DNA of 64,000 nt from Gemmatimonadales bacterium (GTDB taxonomy: Bacteria; Gemmatimonadota; Gemmatimonadetes; Gemmatimonadales; GWC2-71-9). Position numbers and translations under genes: made by a program. This document shows, in pieces, positions 42,746-50,901 of this stretch. Under the pieces are notes generated by a model that was not told the origin of the DNA, ran no database searches, and worked only from the letters and a program-made list of their open reading frames with translations. The stretch spans positions 480,001-544,000 of the forward strand of contig JBBCJC010000002.1 in NCBI GenBank assembly GCA_037189525.1, in the 5' to 3' direction. The number at the start of each line of letters is the position of its first letter. Position 1 is the stretch's first letter.

Positions 42746-45700
42746 ATGGATGGCAGGGTGATGGCTGACCCCGCACCGACATGGCACGTCATCAGCGATG
42801 ACTGGCAGACGATAGCCGGTGACCGTCTCGAACGCTGCAAGGCTGTCATTCGGAACCGGCTGCCCAGTCTGTCGGTGCACATCGACGCCGAGTCGGTCGT
42901 CGCGCAAGCGCTGGTCCTCCCGTTCTATGACCGGGTCGTCGACGGTGCGTCCCGGCAGATCGAGCTCTGCCAGATCGATCTGCCCGTGCTCGAACGCGAG
43001 GGACGCTGGCTCCGCCGCTGGTTGCTGATCCTGTGGGACGGCGCCGAGGACGCGTGGGCAATCGACGGCAGCTCCCGGGTGCTCCACGATCTCAACGAGC
43101 GGATCGGTCTCGACTTCGGAGCCGAGGGAACCGATCAGCATACGGCCCGCCTCCAGGCGTATGTCCGGTTCTTCTGCGCCGTGATTGCCGGTGACGAGGG
43201 CACTTTCCCCATCATCGAACACCCCGCGGATCTGGGCTGGGATCCGGCTAATCCGGCGCTGTCGCTGGTCGGCGATGCGCCGCACGATCCCGATGCTCCC
43301 GGTCTCGACGGCACGCTGGCGCCGCTCCGCTTCGAGAGCGCCGCCGCAGCCGGCGACTCGGCCCGGGTGTACCGGAGCCCGACGGTGCATTCGGTCGACT
43401 CGGTGGTGATGTGTTACGGCACAGACATCTTCCGGGTCCAGATCGAACTCCATCTCGCTGATCGCAAGGAAGACGGGCGCTGGTATACCGGCCGGGTCGA
43501 GATGATCGGCGACAGCGGGCCTATCGCGCTCAGCCGGTTGCCTCGGCCGCTGTTGATCCGGACCTGGGCCGCCGGCTTCGCAAGTTTGGCCGCGTGGGAC
43601 GGTGAGCACCAGACGGTCTCGCTCGCTTCGGACGATTTTGCCTCGCTGCTTCATCACCCCCGGCTCGATGCTGCGCAGCGAGGGCGGCTGGATCCGGCAC
43701 CGGCCGTCGAGTCGTCATCCGACGGCGGAACCGACGCGGCGCTCTGGTCGCTCGTCCTGCGATACTGGGGCGTGCCGGACGAACAACCTATCGTGGTCAA
43801 CGGCGACGTCATTCTGCGGTCCGACGCCGGCGGCGCCGGTGATCGCCTCGCGCTGGATGTGCCGGTCGTCGTCAGCGGCGACCTCATCTTCCCCGCCGGA
43901 ACCGAATTCGCGCATCCGATCCGGTTTGCGCAATGGCGGGTCGAAGGCCGGTTGCAGGCCCGAGGCGCCAGGTTCGCTGCGCAGGTTGAACTGGCCGACT
44001 TTACGGTCCACAATCGGCTGCCCAAGGCGGTCGGCGCCGACGGCGGTCCGCGTGATCCGTTTGCGCAGCGGCCGGTCCAGTTTCATGAAACGGCCGTCGA
44101 CCTGGACGAGGTTCGGGTGGCGGGCGCGCTGGATCTGCGTCGGCTCACGGCCGCGGGCGAGTTCTCGATTCGGGGCGGCCGCGTCGACGGCGATATGGTG
44201 TTCGACGAGGTTTTGCTCAAGCCCAGATCCTCGGCTTTCGACCGGCCGATTCTCAACGCCGAGCGCCTCAATGTCGCGGGTTCGGCGCGATGCCGGCGCC
44301 TCTCGGCCACGGGACTCGTCGTGCTCGACAACATCCGGGTCGAGGGAACGCTCGATCTGAGCGGCACCGTCATTCACGGGGCCGGATACCCCCTGTCGGG
44401 GCTGCGGATCGATCGCGCCACGGTTGGCGGTGATCTCCTAATCAACGAACGGGGCTGGAGTCGCGAGCTCGACGCCACGCTGGCGACGATCGTATCCGGC
44501 GATCTCAGCGTCGTGTCGGCCGATGTCGGCGGCAACATCGAGATCGCGGCGACCTGTGTGTTGGGATCGCTCAATTTGCCCTCGAGCCGGGTCGGCGGAC
44601 GGATCGCGATCGGTGTCGCGGGCATGGCATCGCCGCCGGACGATGCGCCGGTCCACCTGCTCGGAAGCTACGTAGAAGAGATGGTCGATCTGGACCATGT
44701 ACAGGTCGGCCAGATGATCTACTTCGACGGCGTGGTCATCGACCAGTATCTCGCGATGGCCGGGATGCGCAGTGACGGGATCCGGGTGGCGAGCGGTATT
44801 GCCGGTCCGGGGCTGGTCGTGCGGGGGCAGGATACCTACGGACGCAGCGTCCGGCTCTTCGGCGCCTCGGTTGGTGCGCTCGAACTCGAAGGGCTCCAAC
44901 TGGGCGGCTCCTGCTGGATGGTCGGCCTGACGGTCGGGCCGCGATTCCGGCTCATGCCGGCGCATCTCCCCGCCGGCCGCTACGACACCGAGCACGCGAT
45001 CCGCGAGCAGGCATCCCGGGCCCGTCGTTTCGGCTCGGGCGACACCTGGCGGTCGGTCCATGACCAGTTCATTGCCGATGCCGTGGCCATTGCCGCCGCG
45101 GCGCCCCGGGAATCCGAGCCGATCGTGATGCCGCCGAAGATGTCGAGCGTGATGATGTACGAATCCCGCTGCGCCGGGAACTTCGAGCTTTGGGGCATTA
45201 CGCTCGATGCCCCGGCCGCGTCGACGCCGACCGGCGCTCCCGATCGCGCGCTTCACCTTCGGAACACCATGATCGACGGCAGTCTCTCGCTCCGGGAGCC
45301 GACCCAGGTGCCGGCCGCCGCCGATGATGCCGACACTCCGCCGATCGGCCTGATCGTCGGCGATATCCTGGTGGAGGGCGGCCGGGTTGGCGGTACCGCG
45401 GATCTTTCGGCCTGCCGGATTATCGGTGACGTGGAGTTGCGCAACATCGAACTGCATGGCGGCTTGCAGGTGGTCGATACCACGCTGATCCCGGCCGGAG
45501 AGGCGCGCGGGGGCTGTCTCTCGGTGGTGAATGTCCGAAGCGCGGCCGACCTGCTTTTGAGTGGCACCATGGGCCGTAACTGCCTGGTGCGCAACTCCCG
45601 GATCGAGGGTGATCTCGAAATCTCCCATCGCACCGTTCTCGGCGCTCCGCCTGCCCGCGCTCACTTCGCCTCGCTCGAAGCGACCGGCAACGTGATCGAA

Positions 45701-45799
45701 GGCCGGATCCTGCTCCAGCATCTCGATGTGACCGGCCCGATCGACCTGTCCGATACCCGTGCCGCGCGCGGACTCACCATCGGAGCGGAGTCCTCATGA
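42746..45799 (+). CDS. Large hypothetical protein: unknown N-terminal domain plus beta-solenoid-like repeats
   Basis: 1017-aa ORF with genome-like codon usage and no signal peptide or TM. Recurring G.L.L....V.G units (GALDLRRLTAAG, GTLDLSGTVIHG, GSLNLPSSRVGG, GTADLSACRIIGDVEL). Start may be ATG 42761. Confidence 0.75.
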   Translation: MDGRVMADPAPTWHVISDDWQTIAGDRLERCKAVIRNRLPSLSVHIDAESVVAQALVLPFYDRVVDGASRQIELCQIDLPVLEREGRWLRRWLLILWDGAEDAWAIDGSSRVLHDLNERIGLDFGAEGTDQHTARLQAYVRFFCAVIAGDEGTFPIIEHPADLGWDPANPALSLVGDAPHDPDAPGLDGTLAPLRFESAAAAGDSARVYRSPTVHSVDSVVMCYGTDIFRVQIELHLADRKEDGRWYTGRVEMIGDSGPIALSRLPRPLLIRTWAAGFASLAAWDGEHQTVSLASDDFASLLHHPRLDAAQRGRLDPAPAVESSSDGGTDAALWSLVLRYWGVPDEQPIVVNGDVILRSDAGGAGDRLALDVPVVVSGDLIFPAGTEFAHPIRFAQWRVEGRLQARGARFAAQVELADFTVHNRLPKAVGADGGPRDPFAQRPVQFHETAVDLDEVRVAGALDLRRLTAAGEFSIRGGRVDGDMVFDEVLLKPRSSAFDRPILNAERLNVAGSARCRRLSATGLVVLDNIRVEGTLDLSGTVIHGAGYPLSGLRIDRATVGGDLLINERGWSRELDATLATIVSGDLSVVSADVGGNIEIAATCVLGSLNLPSSRVGGRIAIGVAGMASPPDDAPVHLLGSYVEEMVDLDHVQVGQMIYFDGVVIDQYLAMAGMRSDGIRVASGIAGPGLVVRGQDTYGRSVRLFGASVGALELEGLQLGGSCWMVGLTVGPRFRLMPAHLPAGRYDTEHAIREQASRARRFGSGDTWRSVHDQFIADAVAIAAAAPRESEPIVMPPKMSSVMMYESRCAGNFELWGITLDAPAASTPTGAPDRALHLRNTMIDGSLSLREPTQVPAAADDADTPPIGLIVGDILVEGGRVGGTADLSACRIIGDVELRNIELHGGLQVVDTTLIPAGEARGGCLSVVNVRSAADLLLSGTMGRNCLVRNSRIEGDLEISHRTVLGAPPARAHFASLEATGNVIEGRILLQHLDVTGPIDLSDTRAARGLTIGAESS

Positions 45800-47304
45800 C
45801 GCGCGACGATCGGAGTGTCTCGGCAGCCCATCTCAATCTGACCCGCTTCCGGACCGAGTCGGACGTGCATCTGGGCGGCCTGCAACTCGGCCCCGAACGA
45901 GATGCCAATCCGGCCTCGAGCGCAGCTACCGATTCCACCGGCCGCTCCGTTACGAAGCGGATCATCACCCGTCTCGGCGCCAGCTGGCGACGCTTCCGGC
46001 GCGACGTCTTTGGCCCCGCGGCGGCGTCGGACCGGTCCGTCCCGGGTTCGCTGGTGGCGCGCCACGCGGAAATCGGCGGCGAGCTTCGGTTGCCGCGCAA
46101 TGTCATCGGATCGGCCGACCTGGCCTTCCTGACCGCCGACAAGCTCGACATCTCCGGCAGCGCCTTTCCGCCGTCCTCCGGCTCGGAGCTCGATGAAGGT
46201 GTTGCGCTCAGGCTGAGCAGCAGCCGGCTCGACTCGGTCGAGTTGCGCGCCCCGCTGCCGCACCGGGTCGATCTGCAGAACTCGGCGGCCCGGCACTGGG
46301 AAATCCTGGCGGAGGCTCGGAGCGGGGAAGGGGCGCTGGCTGCGGACGCGCACGGCCGCTATCTCGAGCTGCTCGACCGGTCGTCGCCGTTTGCGCGCGA
46401 TGCCTATGCCCGGCTCGAGCAGGACTTCCGCGCGGTCGGTCAGCATCATATTGCCGACAAGATCCTGACGCGGATGGGCTGGCGATCCTGGCGGCTCGCC
46501 AATCTGCGCGGGGCATGGGAAACGGCGCCCGCGCGAATGCTCACGACCCTGTTGGGGGTCGGTGTCGTGGTGGGCCTGTTCGGACTGGCGGCCGGCCCGA
46601 TGGCGGGAGTCTCGCTCCCGGGGTGGTTGCGGTTGGTGGTGCTGCTGCTGGTCGTCGGAATCGGGGTGGCCGGTTTGTTCCTCTATGCGCCGCGGCGCGC
46701 GTTGCAGTTCTGGTTTGGGCTGGTCGTGCTGTGGCCGTTTCAGGTGCTCTACGGTTTCGGGGTGCGTTGGTGGCTTCCGCTGGCGCTGTCGGCGCTCACG
46801 CTCGGCGCCGTCACCATGCCGATGATGAGCGATTGCCGTAACCTGATCGTACCGACGGCCGAGCGCACCTGGGTTGCTGAGCAATTGGCGGGGCGATCGA
46901 TCGGTGATCGCCTGGGCCGAGCGGCCCCGATCGGACCGGTCTGGTACGGTCGCTGTACTCTGGGATACGAGCGCGACGGCAGCAGCGGAACGGTACCCTG
47001 GTCGCTGGCCGACGCGTTCTGGCTCGCGCTTCGGTATCACCTCCCGATCGTGCCGCTGGACGCCTTCTTCGATGGCGAGCGGTCGGAAGATGCCAGGCCT
47101 TCGCCCGATCATTTGCTGTTGTGGGATCGCGCGACGAGCCCGGTTCCGGCCGCAGCCGAGACCGATGGTGGCGGGGTGATCCGGCGCCTGTTTGGCAGCG
47201 CGGGCACCTATGCCCGAACCATCTATCTGCTCAGCTGGATGGTGGTACCGTTCTCACTGATCTTTGCGGCGGGCAGAATCCAGCGGAAGTATCGGCTTCA
47301 ATAG
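45796..47304 (+). CDS. Hypothetical membrane protein: solenoid-like N-terminus, helical linker, about 4 TM and a pore-loop-like segment
   Basis: ATGA overlap with GGAG RBS. PFARDAYARLEQDFRAVG...AD.I, YGFGVRWW, DAFWLALRYHLPIV, terminal TM YLLSWMVVPFSLIFAAG. Confidence 0.75.
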   Translation: MTRDDRSVSAAHLNLTRFRTESDVHLGGLQLGPERDANPASSAATDSTGRSVTKRIITRLGASWRRFRRDVFGPAAASDRSVPGSLVARHAEIGGELRLPRNVIGSADLAFLTADKLDISGSAFPPSSGSELDEGVALRLSSSRLDSVELRAPLPHRVDLQNSAARHWEILAEARSGEGALAADAHGRYLELLDRSSPFARDAYARLEQDFRAVGQHHIADKILTRMGWRSWRLANLRGAWETAPARMLTTLLGVGVVVGLFGLAAGPMAGVSLPGWLRLVVLLLVVGIGVAGLFLYAPRRALQFWFGLVVLWPFQVLYGFGVRWWLPLALSALTLGAVTMPMMSDCRNLIVPTAERTWVAEQLAGRSIGDRLGRAAPIGPVWYGRCTLGYERDGSSGTVPWSLADAFWLALRYHLPIVPLDAFFDGERSEDARPSPDHLLLWDRATSPVPAAAETDGGGVIRRLFGSAGTYARTIYLLSWMVVPFSLIFAAGRIQRKYRLQ

Positions 47305-47322
47305 CGAGACGCGTGATCCGAT

Positions 47323-47355
47323 GGGGTCGGTGCGCTACACATGCGCACCGACCCC
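47323..47355. terminator. Bidirectional terminator-like hairpin between convergent genes
   Basis: 13-bp stem GGGGTCGGTGCGC / GCGCACCGACCCC. Confidence 0.65.
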
Positions 47356-47367
47356 TCGTGTTTCGAG

Positions 47368-48879
47368 CTAGCGGGCTCGGCCGAATCGGCGGCCGCCCAG
47401 CGCCACGGCTTCGACCCGACCCGACGCACCGATGGCAAAGTTCACGGTCTGCTCACCGCGCCACTCGAGGTCCGGCTTGGCGCGGAAGGTATCGAGATGC
47501 CAGTGCGACAGCACCGAGCGCAGCTGCGAGCCCTGCTTCAGAACCAGCACGCCGTTCTCCAGGGTCACGTCGACCTGACCCGCCAACGAATCCCGGTAGA
47601 CGCCGGTGTACGCGTCGAGTGCCAGTGACGGTTTGGTGCCCTGGATCCGCTGCCGTTCGAACCGCGCGCGGGCGCTGTCGCCCCGGGCCGCGGCATCGTT
47701 GAAGATCGGCAGCATCTCGGCGCTCCAGTCGCGGAGCGGGTTGCCGACCCAGGTGTCGACGGCGCGATAGAGCAGCGGGTGCCGCACTTCGACGTGGTCG
47801 AGGTTGCCCAGAACAAAGACGCCCATGTTGGCTTCACGAACCAGGCCGACGATGGCGATCATCCCGTCGATGCTGCCGGTATGGAGCTGGAGCGGCCGCC
47901 CCTGGTAGTCGGTCTGGAACCAGCCGAGTCCGTAGGTAATCCAGTTCGGCTTGGTCAGCGCCGCGGTCGGATAGAAGCTGCTCGGCCGGATGATCGTCTG
48001 CGGCGCAAAGAGCTCGGCCCAGGTGCCCGGCTTGAGCAGGCGCTTACCGCCGACCTTGGCGCTGTCGAGCACGAAGTTCATCCATTTGGTCATGTCATCG
48101 ATGCTTGCCCAGACCGACCCGGCGGCGGCGACCGCATCGACGGCTGCGTTGTTGATGACGCGAACGGTTCCGTTGACCCGATCGTGCGGGCTCGCGACGT
48201 TAGGCCGTCCCTTGGTGCCCGCCAGCGTCGTCACGGAATTGGTCATGCCGAGCGGCTGGAAGATCCGGGTTTCGATGAATCGTTCCCACGGCATCCCGCT
48301 CACGGCCGCGACCACGGCTCCCGCCGCGCCGTACGCCACGTTCTGATAGATGTATCCCGAGCGCATCGAGTAGGCGATCGGGATGAAGCGAGCCCGATAC
48401 AGGACTTCATCCAGGGTCGCGTCGGTCCGGTACCAGGTCACGTCGCCGTTGCCGAGACCGGCGCGATGCGTCAGCAGGTCGCGGACGGTAATTTCGCGCG
48501 TGATGTACGGATCGCTCAGCTCAAAGCTGGGAAGATGCTTGGTGACCGGGTCATCCCAGGCCACCTTGCCCTCGTCGACCAGCATGCCTAACGCGAGGGC
48601 CGTCATGGCTTTGGTGGTCGAGCCGATGGCAAACATGGTGTTGGCGTCGACCGGATCGGGCTTGCCGAGTTCCCGGACACCGAAGCCTTTGGCGTAAACG
48701 GTCCGGCCATCTTTGACGACGGCAACGGCCAGGCCCACGGCGTTCCAGTCCTTGACGGCTTTGGCGACATAGGCGTCGAATCCGGCAACGCGCGGATCGG
48801 GCCGTTGGGCCGGCAGGGTGGACGGGAGCATCGCGAGCAACGCGAGCGGGGCCAGGCGAGCGATCGAGGGCATGGGCAT
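47368..48879 (-). CDS. Serine hydrolase (beta-lactamase family) with DUF3471-like C-terminal domain, secreted
   Basis: IGSTTKA (SxxK), LLTHRAG, YQN, HTGSIDG, LDAYTGVY tail. Start 48879 or 48873. Confidence 0.9.
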   Translation of the reverse strand: MPMPSIARLAPLALLAMLPSTLPAQRPDPRVAGFDAYVAKAVKDWNAVGLAVAVVKDGRTVYAKGFGVRELGKPDPVDANTMFAIGSTTKAMTALALGMLVDEGKVAWDDPVTKHLPSFELSDPYITREITVRDLLTHRAGLGNGDVTWYRTDATLDEVLYRARFIPIAYSMRSGYIYQNVAYGAAGAVVAAVSGMPWERFIETRIFQPLGMTNSVTTLAGTKGRPNVASPHDRVNGTVRVINNAAVDAVAAAGSVWASIDDMTKWMNFVLDSAKVGGKRLLKPGTWAELFAPQTIIRPSSFYPTAALTKPNWITYGLGWFQTDYQGRPLQLHTGSIDGMIAIVGLVREANMGVFVLGNLDHVEVRHPLLYRAVDTWVGNPLRDWSAEMLPIFNDAAARGDSARARFERQRIQGTKPSLALDAYTGVYRDSLAGQVDVTLENGVLVLKQGSQLRSVLSHWHLDTFRAKPDLEWRGEQTVNFAIGASGRVEAVALGGRRFGRAR

Positions 48880-49006
48880 AGGATGTGAGGGAGAGGAAGC
48901 CTGAAATGTACACCGGATTGCGTCGGGTCGGATCACCTGCGCTGCGATCATGAACCGGTCCCGCTACCTTTTTCGGGTGAATTGCCTGTCGGAGGGGTCT
49001 CTGGCG

Positions 49007-50725
49007 ATGCATTCGGAATCCGGTCCTGTCGCGCGCGACTTGCAAGCACGCCTCTGCACCGTCCTGTTGCTGATGGTGCTGGCCTGGACCGGCTCCCTCC
49101 ATGCGCAGCTTGCGCCGAGACCGGAGCCGAAGCGCTGGTCGTCGGGGGGAGCGCTCACGCCCGAGCAGGCGGCGTACGACGTCCGATTCTATCAGTTGCG
49201 CTTTGCCGTCGACCCCGCCGATTCGTCCGTCGCCGGCGATGCGACCGTCCACGCCCGGGTGCTGGCCCCGCTCGACTGGATCGTCCTGGATCTCGATTCC
49301 GCCTGGACGGTCCGCTCGGTCGGCAGCGCCGATGGCGCCCAGCTTCGATTCGAACGCCGCGGCCTGACGCTTTGGATTCGGCCTGCCGCGCCCCTGGCGC
49401 CGGGCGATCAGTTTGCAGTTCGGATTCGCTATGATGGAAAGCCGCGGATCGCGCCGAGGCCGCCATGGATCGGCGGGTTCCAATGGGCTCGGACGCCGAG
49501 TGGCGCCCCGTGGATTGCGACGACGGCGGTCAACGAGGGAGCCGATCTCTTCTGGCCGGTCAAAGATCATCCGTCCGACAAGGCCGATTCCATCGCGATC
49601 GACATCACGGTGCCCCGCGGTCTGGTGGCCGCTTCGAATGGACGGTCCCGGGGCTCGCGGGACAACGGCGACGGTACCGTCACCTGGCAGTGGTTCGTGT
49701 CGACGCCGATCAGCAACTACAATGTCGCGCTCAACATCGCGCCGTATCGGACCCTCGAGCGGCGCTATTTGAGCGTCTCCGGCGACACCATTCCGGTGAC
49801 GTACTGGGTTCTCCCGGAAAATCTCGCCAAGGGAGAACGCCTGATCGACGAGATGCTCGAGCATCTCCGCTTCTACGAGTCGCTGCTTGGTCCGTATCCC
49901 TTCCGAGCCGACAAGTACGGCGTGGTGGAAACGCCGCATCTCGGCATGGAACATCAGACCATCATTGCCTACGGCAACGAGTATCGGGCCAATCCGTACG
50001 GATATGACGAACTGCACCAGCATGAACTGGCACACGAATGGTTCGGTAACCTGACCACGGCCAGCGACTGGAGCGACTACTGGCTGCACGAAAGTTTCGG
50101 AACCTACATGCAACCGCTCTACACCGAGCGATTGCGGGGCTCGGCTGCGTATCGAGAGGTGATCCTGGGCCAGTGGCGTGCGGCAAAGAACCGGCGCGCC
50201 ATTGCCGAACCGGGTCCGCTCACGGCGGCCGAAGTCTACTTCAATCCGCCGGACTACCTGCAGGGTGATGGCGATATCTACGGCAAGGGATCGGTGGTTC
50301 TCCATACCCTGCGCTATCTGCTGGGTGATGCCACCTTCTTTCCGATGCTGCGCCGATGGGTGTATCCGTCCGATTCCCTCGAACAGATCACCGATGGACG
50401 CCAGGTCCGGTTCGTCACCACCGATGAGCTGGTGACTTTTGTTTCCGCCGTCGCTGGCAGGGACCTGAGTTGGTTTTTCGACGTCTATGTGCGAGCGCCG
50501 GCATTGCCGCGCCTGATCGAGACGCGAACCGACAGCACGCTGACCCTGCGCTGGGTCACCGCGGGACAGCGGCCGTTCCCGATGCCGGTCGATATCGAAG
50601 TCGATGGGGTCCGGCGCCGATATCCGTTCGAGCGCGGGGTCGAGGTGCTTCGGGTCCGGCGGAATGCGCGGGTGCGAATCGACCCCGATTTCTGGGTCTT
50701 CCGGCAGCTGTCAGACTCTCTTTGA
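49007..50725 (+). CDS. M1 family metallopeptidase, secreted
   Basis: GMEH, HELAHEWFGN...WLHESF, IYGKG..VLH.LR. Start uncertain. Confidence 0.92.
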   Translation: MHSESGPVARDLQARLCTVLLLMVLAWTGSLHAQLAPRPEPKRWSSGGALTPEQAAYDVRFYQLRFAVDPADSSVAGDATVHARVLAPLDWIVLDLDSAWTVRSVGSADGAQLRFERRGLTLWIRPAAPLAPGDQFAVRIRYDGKPRIAPRPPWIGGFQWARTPSGAPWIATTAVNEGADLFWPVKDHPSDKADSIAIDITVPRGLVAASNGRSRGSRDNGDGTVTWQWFVSTPISNYNVALNIAPYRTLERRYLSVSGDTIPVTYWVLPENLAKGERLIDEMLEHLRFYESLLGPYPFRADKYGVVETPHLGMEHQTIIAYGNEYRANPYGYDELHQHELAHEWFGNLTTASDWSDYWLHESFGTYMQPLYTERLRGSAAYREVILGQWRAAKNRRAIAEPGPLTAAEVYFNPPDYLQGDGDIYGKGSVVLHTLRYLLGDATFFPMLRRWVYPSDSLEQITDGRQVRFVTTDELVTFVSAVAGRDLSWFFDVYVRAPALPRLIETRTDSTLTLRWVTAGQRPFPMPVDIEVDGVRRRYPFERGVEVLRVRRNARVRIDPDFWVFRQLSDSL

Positions 50726-50901
50726 CCATCGCGGTCGGTCACCACAGCCGTTTTTTGCTCGAGGCAGGCCGATAATCCGCCAAGTGGCATGGCTTCGCAC
50801 GGCGATTGCAGAACGGCACCTACTCACCCGGCCGTCGGGGTTCGGGGTAATACCGGGGCCCATTAGGTTTCCAGACAGTGCATAACCACTTCCCGCGCAG
50901 G

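Noticed and set aside
45790..45800. Pseudogene-type frameshift splitting one large gene
   Set aside because: The junction is a classic ATGA overlap with a GGAG Shine-Dalgarno 5 nt upstream, which favours two real coupled genes. Read-level confirmation is still advisable.
50785..50810. Sigma54 promoter upstream of the TonB receptor
   Set aside because: TCGCAC-N5-TTGCA lacks the invariant GG at -24, and TGGCAT..TCGCA has the wrong spacing.
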